The translations under genes and the position numbers were made by a program. Shown piece after piece: positions 31,762 through 40,401 of a stretch of 64,000 nt of DNA. This stretch comes from an uncultured Spirochaetota bacterium (GTDB taxonomy: Bacteria > Spirochaetota > Brevinematia > Brevinematales > JAOACQ01). The stretch spans positions 192,001 to 256,000 of the forward strand of contig CAVYGN010000002.1 of assembly GCA_963768055.1 (NCBI GenBank), given 5' to 3'. Every line of letters begins with the position of its first letter. Position 1 is the stretch's first letter. The notes below the pieces were generated by a model. The model had not been told where the DNA came from. It made no database searches and was given only the letters and a program-made list of their open reading frames with translations.

Positions 31762-33039
31762 TTACGCCCTGGTTAGCATATTGAAAAATCTTTTTTTACT
31801 GTCTTCAAGAATGTTCATCATGTTTTTAAATATTTCTCCTTTGGATACAATTATGCGGGCGGTTCCTTCTTTAACCGCCTGCATCCCGACAGCCTCCGCA
31901 ACATGGGCAAAGGCTTCCAGGTCATAAACCGAAGGTATGATCCTTTCAGCAGATAATTCGGTTTCGCTTAAAAATCCGGACAAAGCCAGAGCCGCAGCCA
32001 GTTTCATCCCTTCTGTAACACTCCTGGCCCTGACGTCCAGGAGACCCCTGAAAATAGCCGGGAAACCCAGGCAATTGTTGACCTGATTGGGAAAATCACT
32101 TCTTCCGGTAGCTACTATGAACGCTCCGGCGGCATGAGCTTCATCAGGAAGGATTTCAGGGTCGGGGTTGGCCATTGCAAATATGACAGGTTTCAAGGCC
32201 ATACTTTTTATCATATCGAACGTGAGAGCCCCTTTCGCAGAAACTCCTATAAAAACATCGGCTTTATTGACTGCATCTGCAAGTTTCCCTCTTTCACCCC
32301 CGGGATTGGTCATTTTCGCGATATCTTCTTTCGAATGGTTCATATGCGATGACCTGCCCGAATATAAGACGCCTTCACGGTCGCACATAATTATATTCCG
32401 GGCTCCGTAAAAGATCAGAAGCTTTGCTATGGCGACTCCCGCAGCGCCGCTTCCATTTATTACTATTTTAACATCGCCGATGTTTTTCCCTGCAAGTTTA
32501 AGTGAATTTATTAGCCCGGCTAGAGTAACAATAGCCGTACCATGCTGGTCGTCATGAAAAACGGGAATGTCGAGTTCTTCAGAAAGCACTTTTTCAATCT
32601 CGAAGCAGCGTGGCGCGGATATATCCTCTAAATTTATTCCTCCCGCCCCGGAAGAGATCATTTTAACCGTATGAATTATCTCACCGGTATCCTGTGAGGA
32701 AATTATTATCGGATAGGCGTCAATTCCGCCGAAGATCCTGAATAACAGGGCCTTACCCTCCATAACCGGCAGGGAGGCCTTTCCGCCTATATTGCCGAGT
32801 CCCAGAACGGCGCTTCCATCGCTGACCACAAAAACCGTATTACCCTTTACTGTATATTCATAGACTTTTTCTTCATCCCCGCTGATCTCCATGCAGGGAA
32901 CAGCCACCCCTGGAGTATAGGCAAGAGACAATTCCCGCCTTGTTTCCACGGAAACTTTCGGGATTATTTCAATTTTTCCGTTTCCTATCCCGTTTTTCCT
33001 GTGATATTCAAGCGCCGCTGTTTCAAGATCGCTCATCAT
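31762..33039 (-). CDS. NAD(P)-dependent malic enzyme
   Basis: [44 protein letters not shown]. Confidence 0.95.
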   Translation of the reverse strand: MMSDLETAALEYHRKNGIGNGKIEIIPKVSVETRRELSLAYTPGVAVPCMEISGDEEKVYEYTVKGNTVFVVSDGSAVLGLGNIGGKASLPVMEGKALLFRIFGGIDAYPIIISSQDTGEIIHTVKMISSGAGGINLEDISAPRCFEIEKVLSEELDIPVFHDDQHGTAIVTLAGLINSLKLAGKNIGDVKIVINGSGAAGVAIAKLLIFYGARNIIMCDREGVLYSGRSSHMNHSKEDIAKMTNPGGERGKLADAVNKADVFIGVSAKGALTFDMIKSMALKPVIFAMANPDPEILPDEAHAAGAFIVATGRSDFPNQVNNCLGFPAIFRGLLDVRARSVTEGMKLAAALALSGFLSETELSAERIIPSVYDLEAFAHVAEAVGMQAVKEGTARIIVSKGEIFKNMMNILEDSKKRFFNMLTRA

Positions 33040-33113
33040 AAAATAGCATTCTCCTAAAAAGTATAATAGAAACGCCCATAAGTTTAATTTGCAAGGGGGC
33101 TTTTGGCAAAAAA

Positions 33114-33172
33114 AGGACCGCTCAAACAATACCAGCTTTTATGGAGTCAATTTTTATCTTGCTGGGATTCGA
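33114..33172 (+). repeat. Truncated stub of the long-palindrome family
   Basis: GGACCGCTCAAACAATACC...ATGGAGTCAATTTTT...TTCGA resembles the first ~60 nt of the reverse-complemented B copies. Confidence 0.5.
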
Positions 33173-33175
33173 GAA

Positions 33176-33431
33176 GGGTCGAATCGATTAATATGCTAAT
33201 CTCTTTATGAAGTAAATTTTTTCCGCACTGTGTTCGATAGCTTGAGCCGCTAAGTCTCAAAACAGCAGTCCCGCCCTCTATTTTGATTTTTTTAATTTTA
33301 GTAAAAATTAAAAAAATAATATAAATGAAGGCGGGGCTTTCACTGTTTTTCACCTTGCGGCTCTACGCTATCTGCATAATGCGCGTAAAAAATTTACTTC
33401 TAACAGCTTTGCTTATTATCTTTAATTCGAC
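33176..33431 (+). repeat. Long imperfect palindrome, A-type copy 3
   Basis: ATGAAGTAAATTTTTTCCGCAC...GCGCGTAAAAAATTTACTTC; carries the CCCGCCC...GGCGGG central module. Confidence 0.85.
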
Positions 33432-33450
33432 AGAAGAGGAACTATACTTT

Positions 33451-33733
33451 CCCGTAGATTTAAATAATATACTTTTTTTGAAACAATTTTTTTAGCGAGT
33501 TCATTACGAAGAATGCGTAAGAGCTGCCGAGGAAAAACGGCAGGGCAAGCGCTTTAGCCGGGATCGTTCAGTAACCAATTGTAATTTATTAATGATATCA
33601 AGATAAGGTTCTTTATTAAAAGCATTCCATCAGCACTTGCAGCCGTTTTGAGTCGATGCAGCTCCAGTATTCGAGTAATGCTCGATAAAAAAATTGTTTC
33701 ATTAAGAAGATTGTATATTGTTTGAACGGCCCC
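33451..33733 (-). repeat. Long imperfect palindrome, B-type copy 2
   Basis: TGAAACAATTTTTTTAGCGAG...CTCGATAAAAAAATTGTTTCA...TTTGAACGGCCCC. Confidence 0.85.
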
Positions 33734-33800
33734 CTCCCAATGCCTTGATTATTTATCGCTTCTGCAATAGAATATACAGAGTTAATAATAGGAGAAGCCT

Positions 33801-34295
33801 TTGCTTACCCCTTCGGAACTATTCATAATTTACCTGTTCATAGGCTTGTTTATATTCCTTGGAATCGTTTTCCTCTTCTCGTTCAGTTTCATATTAAAAA
33901 AAAGAGAAATCGAGGATAATAATTTACCCAGATATAGTCAAAAAACAGTAAAGAACAGGCGGAAAGTTCAGGCCGGGAGCAAGGCAAGCAATATAGGCGG
34001 CGATTTCAGGGAAAAGCTGGGGGAGAAAATTGTAAGATATATGATCGATATCTCAAAGTCAGGTGAAAAAAAACAAGTAACCGACCGTATCCAGAAAATC
34101 ATACAGGAATGCAATAATTTGAATTCTCTGAAATTGCCGGCAGAGAATAAAAGGATAATTTCCACGGTTCTTCTCTGGGCTAAGGGGTTCGAAACCGACA
34201 GGCACATATCCGAGATTAAGATCTTCCAGCGCTCGTCTCAAATAAGCTACGATCCGAAAAAAAGAGATTTTCAGTTAAGGCTCTTCGGCAAATAA
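33801..34295 (+). CDS. Hypothetical protein with an N-terminal TM helix
   Basis: GGAG RBS, TTG start, 164 aa. Confidence 0.65.
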   Translation: MLTPSELFIIYLFIGLFIFLGIVFLFSFSFILKKREIEDNNLPRYSQKTVKNRRKVQAGSKASNIGGDFREKLGEKIVRYMIDISKSGEKKQVTDRIQKIIQECNNLNSLKLPAENKRIISTVLLWAKGFETDRHISEIKIFQRSSQISYDPKKRDFQLRLFGK

Positions 34296-34364
34296 CGCGA
34301 TGGAAAATTGATAAATTGGGAAGAAAAAGCCTATAATTTATGGTAACATACAGGAGGCTCTACA

Positions 34365-35708
34365 GTGAACAGTGAATCATTCCGGGATTTGACAAGTTCC
34401 GATCTTTCTATCAAAAGGCTGGGAACATGTAATTATGAATCCGATTTTACCTATTCAAACGATCCTGTCGAAGCGGCCTCCAGCTTCACGCCTGAAGATG
34501 AAAGGGTACTCGCTATTACGGATAATTCCGCTGCAATTTATTTTCTTAAAAACAATATTCCTATGCCTTCGTTTGAAAAAGCCGGGGCCCGTAAAAAACT
34601 TTTCTTCGAGCCGGGTAAGACGATCTCGGCGATCGTAACCTGCGGCGGCCTTTGCCCCGGCCTGAATTCAGTTATCCGGGGGATAGTTATGATGAATTAC
34701 TATCGATACAGCAATCAAATAACATACGGAATTAAATACGGATACGCGGGCTTTATCAAGGAAAACGATTTTGAAATTCCCCTTCTAACCCCCGAACATG
34801 TAGAGGGAATTCATACTCAGGGCGGAACGATTCTCGGTACCTCAAGGGGTCCTCAGAAAGCGGAAAGGATCGTAGACCGGCTGATAGAGTTGAACGTAAA
34901 AATACTCTATACTATCGGAGGCGACGGCACTTTAAAGGGCGCGATAGATATAGTGAAGGAGATTGGGAAGAGATCATTGAAAATTTCAGTGATCGGAATT
35001 CCAAAAACCATTGACAACGATATTGATTTCATCGACAGGTCCTTCGGGATGGAAACCGCTTATTCTGAAGCATGCAATTCGATTTATTCAGCTCACACGG
35101 AATCGCAAGCAGCAATAAACGGGATAGGGATCGTAAAGGTAATGGGAAGGGAATCTGGTTTTATTGCCGCGCACGCAACCCTTGCCACGAATGACGTTAA
35201 TTTCTGCCTGGTTCCTGAGCTCAGCTTCAATATGGATGGAGAAAAGGGTTTTCTTGCCATGCTTGAGAAAAGGCTTCTTAGAAGACACCATGCCGTAATC
35301 GTAGTAGCCGAGGGAGCCGGCCAGAATTACGTAACAGACCTGGAAAACAAGCGATACGACCCCTCCGGAAACATAAAGCTTGGGGATATTGGAATATTTC
35401 TAAAAGACAAAATAAAAGATTATCTCGGCAGTAAAAATATACCTACATCCATTAAATACCTCGACCCGAGCTACAGCATTCGCAGCCGCGCTCCGACGCC
35501 AAACGACTCCATTTTCTGTTCCCAGTTGGCACAGATGGCCGTTCATGCCGGTATGACAGGGAGAACCGGCCTTGTCACAGGTTATTCAAACGGTCAATTC
35601 ATACACCTGCCTATGGAGCTTGCCGTTCTCAAAAGAAAAAAGATCGATCTTCATTCCCAGCTCTGGTATTCGGTCATTGAAGAGACCGGCCAGCCAGTTT
35701 CTTTTTGA
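34365..35708 (+). CDS. pfkA: 6-phosphofructokinase (GGDG / PKTIDND, clade-X-like, probably ATP-dependent)
   Basis: TCGGLCPG, GGTILGTSRG, GGDG, PKTIDND, MGRESG. Confidence 0.92.
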   Translation: MNSESFRDLTSSDLSIKRLGTCNYESDFTYSNDPVEAASSFTPEDERVLAITDNSAAIYFLKNNIPMPSFEKAGARKKLFFEPGKTISAIVTCGGLCPGLNSVIRGIVMMNYYRYSNQITYGIKYGYAGFIKENDFEIPLLTPEHVEGIHTQGGTILGTSRGPQKAERIVDRLIELNVKILYTIGGDGTLKGAIDIVKEIGKRSLKISVIGIPKTIDNDIDFIDRSFGMETAYSEACNSIYSAHTESQAAINGIGIVKVMGRESGFIAAHATLATNDVNFCLVPELSFNMDGEKGFLAMLEKRLLRRHHAVIVVAEGAGQNYVTDLENKRYDPSGNIKLGDIGIFLKDKIKDYLGSKNIPTSIKYLDPSYSIRSRAPTPNDSIFCSQLAQMAVHAGMTGRTGLVTGYSNGQFIHLPMELAVLKRKKIDLHSQLWYSVIEETGQPVSF

Positions 35709-35720
35709 CGGGGATTAACC

Positions 35721-38594
35721 ATGAAAAAGGCCATTAACTTATTTATACTGATTTTCCTCGCTTCATACGCCTTCACAGTTAATTCAGATTCCGACAGGTA
35801 TTTCAATTCCGGTAAAGCGTCCTTCAACGACGGATCATATTCTATGGCAATAACTTTTTTTCAGAAATCAATCCTCCTGGACCCTGACAGTCCGCATGAC
35901 GATGAAGCCTCCTTCTATATCGGGCTATGCTATTACCAGGAAGGGGATTACGATAAGGCTATCCAGGCATTCGTGAAATTTTCCAATGATTACCCTGATT
36001 CTATTTTCAAGGAAAGATCGATTTTTATAATCGGGGACTCGAATTTTAAAATAAAAAACTATGAAAAGGCCATCCAGAGATTAAGGCTATTTATAAAATC
36101 ATACCCTCAAAGTAAATTAAACCCTAATGCCCATTACATCGTAGGCAACTCTCTTCTCCTTTCAGGTAAATACGATGAGGCTGCCGACGAATACGATTAT
36201 GTCCTGACAAATTATCCCTCAAGCGAATATACCGAGGAAAGCTCGCTCCGCCTAGGCGAGGCGTATTTTTTCGATAAAGACTTAAAAAAGGCTGAAGAAA
36301 CATTGAAGGGTTTCCTTAATAAATATACTTCAACATCACGAGGGGAAGAAGCGGACTTTTTCCTTGCCAGGTGTTATTACGAGAACAGCGATCTTGACGG
36401 CGCTCTAAAAACCTTCACCCGCCTTGCAGCGGTTACGAATTTCAGCTATTGGCAGGACGCCCTTTATTATTCTTCTATGATCTTTATAAAAAAGAGCAAT
36501 TTCGACGAATCAGTCAAATATCTTTCGGTTTTATCTCAGATCACAAAGAGCGATTATCATGACGAGGCCCTTTATAAACTGGGGTTGTTATATAAATTAA
36601 AGGGAGATATACCGCCTGCAGTTAAATATTTTACAACACTTATTTCAGCAGAAAAAGGGGAATATACCGGTAAGGCCTATCTTGAACTCGCTTCCTGCTA
36701 TATAATACTTGGCGATAATGAAAACGCCGTTAAAACTTATGAAAAGCTTGCCGCCCTCGGAGGAGAAAATTCAGCGCTCGCAGTTTCAAAAATCGCGGAG
36801 CTTAAATTCCTTAACAAGGACTATAAAAGCGCCCTTGATAATTTTTCAAAGATAATGAAGGATTATCCCGATACTGAATACGGTAAAAACGCTCTTTACT
36901 GGATAGGAAGGTGCTATCTTGAGCAGGGCGATTATAAAGACGCAGTATCCTCATTTGAGGATTATATCAAAATGGAGCCTCTATCCGACAAAACTGAAGA
37001 GATAAACCTGTTTATTGGAAACGCATACGCCGGGATGGAGGACTACGATACAGCCCTGATATCTTATGAAAAAATCCTGAAAAAAAGCGGTTCGCCGCAT
37101 TCGGATGAGGCGTTGAACGCCGAAGCTTTGATCTATGTGAAAAAGAACGAGTACGAAAGGGCAATCTCTTTATACAGGAAGATAATCGATAATTATCCCA
37201 AAAGCCCGCTTATTCCCCTTTCATATTACAGTATTGGCATAATCCAGTATAATCTAAAAAATTACAGTGACGCACTTCAAACCTTTAAGCAAGTTTCTTC
37301 GAACTTTCAGGAGTCTCCCTATGCCGCTGACGCGTCGCTGAAAATCGGATGGATTTATTACAAGCAGGAAAATTTTGACGCCCTTGCAAAGTATCTCGGA
37401 GGAATAGATAAAACTTATTTTACTGCGGAACAAAAATCTGAAAGCTACAACCTTTCAGGCTGGGCCGAGTACCGCCTTAAATCATATCCGGAGGCTATCG
37501 AGAATTTTAAAAGATCGATGGAATTGACCTTAGATACTGCAAAGATCCTTGAAGACATGCTTTATATAGCGAAATCTTATTACAACCTTGAGAATTATAC
37601 GGAATCCATAGAAAGCTACCGTAAATATATTGAAAAGGCAGATTTATCCGGAGCCACCGAAGATATCCCGGCCGCTCTTTCCGATATGGCATGGTGCTAT
37701 ATTAAGACCGGAGACGACCAGAAAGCCGCGTATATCTTTCAGGACCTTGTTAAAAAATTCCCTCAAAGCCCTTACACTGCAGAAGCCCTCTTCAAACTGG
37801 CTGAAAATTATTATAATAATTCGGATTATCGAAATGCCATCCTAAATTATGAAAAGATCATTCAAATTTCAGGAGAGGGGGAATTTTCTTCCGCTTCCGT
37901 CTACTGGATGGCTTGGTCCTACTATAATTTGAAAGATGAAATAAATGCCCTTAAGTTTTTCGTTGAATACGAAAACAAATATCCGAAGGGGGATTACTCT
38001 ATCGATTCCCTCCTGCGTGCCGCCAATATCTATTACGATCTTAATAATTACGAAAAGGCCGGGACATATTATAAAGAGCTTATACTTCTGCATCCCGAAT
38101 CTCCCGAAGCTGAAATGGCCAAGGTCCGGAACGCCGAGATAGAGCTTAAGATTCAAAGCGGCGGGGACGAGGAAAAACTTTATAAAATCCTTATCGATAA
38201 AAGCAATACTCCCGAGGGAAAGGCCGAAGCCATGTACAAACTGGCTATGGTTTATAAAAGAAAGGGAAAAACAGCCGATGCCGATAATTTGTTCAATCAA
38301 ATCATAAAAATTACCACCGGCGAAAACGCCGCTCTCTCAACTTACGAGCTCGCGGAGGAAAGCCTGGATAAAGCCGCATATGACGATGCGATAAAGTTAT
38401 TCGGAAGTATTTTTTATGTTTATAAATACACTGAAATTTACCCTCAAAGCCTTTATGGAATATCGATGTGTTATTATAAGAATGGGGATATCAATACGGC
38501 GAAACAATATCTCCTGAAACTTATAGATAAATACCCTTCGACCGCCTGGGCCGATCAGGCCCGGGCGCTGATTAAAGAGATCTATATGCACTAA
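35721..38594 (+). CDS. Large exported TPR-repeat protein (YbgF/BamD-like repeats)
   Basis: Signal peptide; numerous A...Y...YP.S repeats over 957 aa. Confidence 0.85.
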   Translation: MKKAINLFILIFLASYAFTVNSDSDRYFNSGKASFNDGSYSMAITFFQKSILLDPDSPHDDEASFYIGLCYYQEGDYDKAIQAFVKFSNDYPDSIFKERSIFIIGDSNFKIKNYEKAIQRLRLFIKSYPQSKLNPNAHYIVGNSLLLSGKYDEAADEYDYVLTNYPSSEYTEESSLRLGEAYFFDKDLKKAEETLKGFLNKYTSTSRGEEADFFLARCYYENSDLDGALKTFTRLAAVTNFSYWQDALYYSSMIFIKKSNFDESVKYLSVLSQITKSDYHDEALYKLGLLYKLKGDIPPAVKYFTTLISAEKGEYTGKAYLELASCYIILGDNENAVKTYEKLAALGGENSALAVSKIAELKFLNKDYKSALDNFSKIMKDYPDTEYGKNALYWIGRCYLEQGDYKDAVSSFEDYIKMEPLSDKTEEINLFIGNAYAGMEDYDTALISYEKILKKSGSPHSDEALNAEALIYVKKNEYERAISLYRKIIDNYPKSPLIPLSYYSIGIIQYNLKNYSDALQTFKQVSSNFQESPYAADASLKIGWIYYKQENFDALAKYLGGIDKTYFTAEQKSESYNLSGWAEYRLKSYPEAIENFKRSMELTLDTAKILEDMLYIAKSYYNLENYTESIESYRKYIEKADLSGATEDIPAALSDMAWCYIKTGDDQKAAYIFQDLVKKFPQSPYTAEALFKLAENYYNNSDYRNAILNYEKIIQISGEGEFSSASVYWMAWSYYNLKDEINALKFFVEYENKYPKGDYSIDSLLRAANIYYDLNNYEKAGTYYKELILLHPESPEAEMAKVRNAEIELKIQSGGDEEKLYKILIDKSNTPEGKAEAMYKLAMVYKRKGKTADADNLFNQIIKITTGENAALSTYELAEESLDKAAYDDAIKLFGSIFYVYKYTEIYPQSLYGISMCYYKNGDINTAKQYLLKLIDKYPSTAWADQARALIKEIYMH

Positions 38595-38662
38595 ATTATA
38601 ACAATTTTCCTAATTATTGATAAAATTTACACTTTGATTTATTATTAATTTATATTAGGGTT

Positions 38663-38901
38663 AGGGCGCTTCCAAAAAGTAACCTTGTAATCGATAAATG
38701 ATGTTCTAACAGTAATAAAACCCCACCCTACGGGCATAAACCCTATGGGCCCTGGCGCCTGGCCTGGTGCCAGTCCCCAGGACAGGTGCATTTATACTTG
38801 CGTATAAACGCAAGCACTACCTTGCCGCCCTTGTGCCGGCTTGCTCGGCGTGAAAAGGCGCTTGTCCTGAACCGTAGGTTCAGGGGTTTTTAGAAGTGCC
38901 C
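38663..38901. mobile_element. MITE-like element with 15-bp imperfect terminal inverted repeats and a GC-rich structured interior
   Basis: GGGCGCTTCCAAAAA ... TTTTTAGAAGTGCCC; the same end motif occurs at 21757 and 49788. Confidence 0.6.
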
Positions 38902-38928
38902 GTTAGTAATCGATATCAGGAGACGCAT

Positions 38929-40401
38929 ATGGGTAAACTTTTCGACGCTCTTCCGGAAAGCTTTATGAAGAAGGTTTTAAAGGATGAAAACGGGGAAATC
39001 GTTGAAAATCTTCTCGCTATAAAGGAACAATTCGAAAAAGAGCAGGACAAGGATACAAAAGTTGTCTTCAAAGAACGCCTTACTTCGGCTTTCTGGAACC
39101 TCTATACGGCAATAGGCCAGAAGCTCACGGACAATAGCCCGAAAGAAAAGAGATTGTTTTTAAGATTCGGAATTCTGGACATGAAATATCTGGCACAGGA
39201 TGAACAAAAGCTGATCCTTTCACAGCCTTTCGAAGAAAAGGACGCGGAAGATACTGTTTTCTATATGGATGAATGGCTCATCGGGATATTGAAGGGGCAG
39301 CTAAAACCAAGCATAGTCGACGAAGCATCCAATAAGAGATCCTCAAAGTCGATGGATGATGTCCAGCAGACGAAATATGAGAGAACTTCAGGCCTGCTCG
39401 AAGCCAATAAAAAAAATTATTTTAATACCCTTGAAAAAAGAAAGATACAGGAAGAAGCCCTGCTTTCACTTTCGAACATGATCTGCTCGCACCCTACAGA
39501 CCCGCTTTTCAACACAGCGGATGTTTATAACGACGACCAGCTTAAAAAAATGGATGATATATCCGAAATATCCAGGGAACTTAAAAGAATAGACAAGGAA
39601 TTAAATTTAACAAAAAAATCATATTATGAAAATTACGAAGAGATGAAGGAACTGGAATCCTCTATTATGGAGTCCAAGGGCCAGCAGGAGCAGGTCGGGG
39701 GATATACAGTCGATTCCCATACGGCAGAATCGGAGATCGGTGCCCTCCGCCAGATGGTTAAAATGTGCGTGGGCAGGCAGGGGAACCATTTTCCCATACT
39801 CTTAAGTTCCTTTATCCCGAAAGAGTCAAGGGATTATAACTTTAAAAGGCCTGCCTATCAGAAACTGAAGGAACTCGAAGGAATGGATTATACTATTTTT
39901 GAAAGGACTTTCAGGCAGCAGACTCACAGGATACCTCCCTATATAATATTAACCCCGGGTTACGGCAATTACGGCATCTGCTGGGAACCCTACGATAAAT
40001 ACAATAAGGCTACAAGTAAAGGTAGGATCGCAATACCCATATTTTCACGCAATCCCAAGATTTCACTTGTAATCGCTCTGGGAGATTTCAGGTGGCAGGT
40101 CGCCAAGGAAATGGCCGGCTATCACTGGATGGACGAAGGCCTGACCGCAAGATACTACACTTACCTTGATACAAACAAGATAAAAGGGGATATAAAAACC
40201 CATTTCATAAACGATTACATGCTGTGGATGATGAAGGAATCGGAAGGCATTCAGAAGCTCGATAACCAGGATGTCCGCTATATTTTCTGGCGTTTCATAC
40301 CCTTCCCCGATAAGATCAAGGAAGAACTTTCAAGCCATGGGTTTTACTATAACGACCTCTATAAAAAGGAACTTAGCTTCAGAATGTCCAAAGAGCATTA
40401 A
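38929..40401 (+). CDS. Conserved-looking hypothetical cytoplasmic protein with a central coiled coil
   Basis: GGAG RBS then ATG at 38929; stop overlaps the recG start (TAATG). Confidence 0.8.
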   Translation: MGKLFDALPESFMKKVLKDENGEIVENLLAIKEQFEKEQDKDTKVVFKERLTSAFWNLYTAIGQKLTDNSPKEKRLFLRFGILDMKYLAQDEQKLILSQPFEEKDAEDTVFYMDEWLIGILKGQLKPSIVDEASNKRSSKSMDDVQQTKYERTSGLLEANKKNYFNTLEKRKIQEEALLSLSNMICSHPTDPLFNTADVYNDDQLKKMDDISEISRELKRIDKELNLTKKSYYENYEEMKELESSIMESKGQQEQVGGYTVDSHTAESEIGALRQMVKMCVGRQGNHFPILLSSFIPKESRDYNFKRPAYQKLKELEGMDYTIFERTFRQQTHRIPPYIILTPGYGNYGICWEPYDKYNKATSKGRIAIPIFSRNPKISLVIALGDFRWQVAKEMAGYHWMDEGLTARYYTYLDTNKIKGDIKTHFINDYMLWMMKESEGIQKLDNQDVRYIFWRFIPFPDKIKEELSSHGFYYNDLYKKELSFRMSKEH

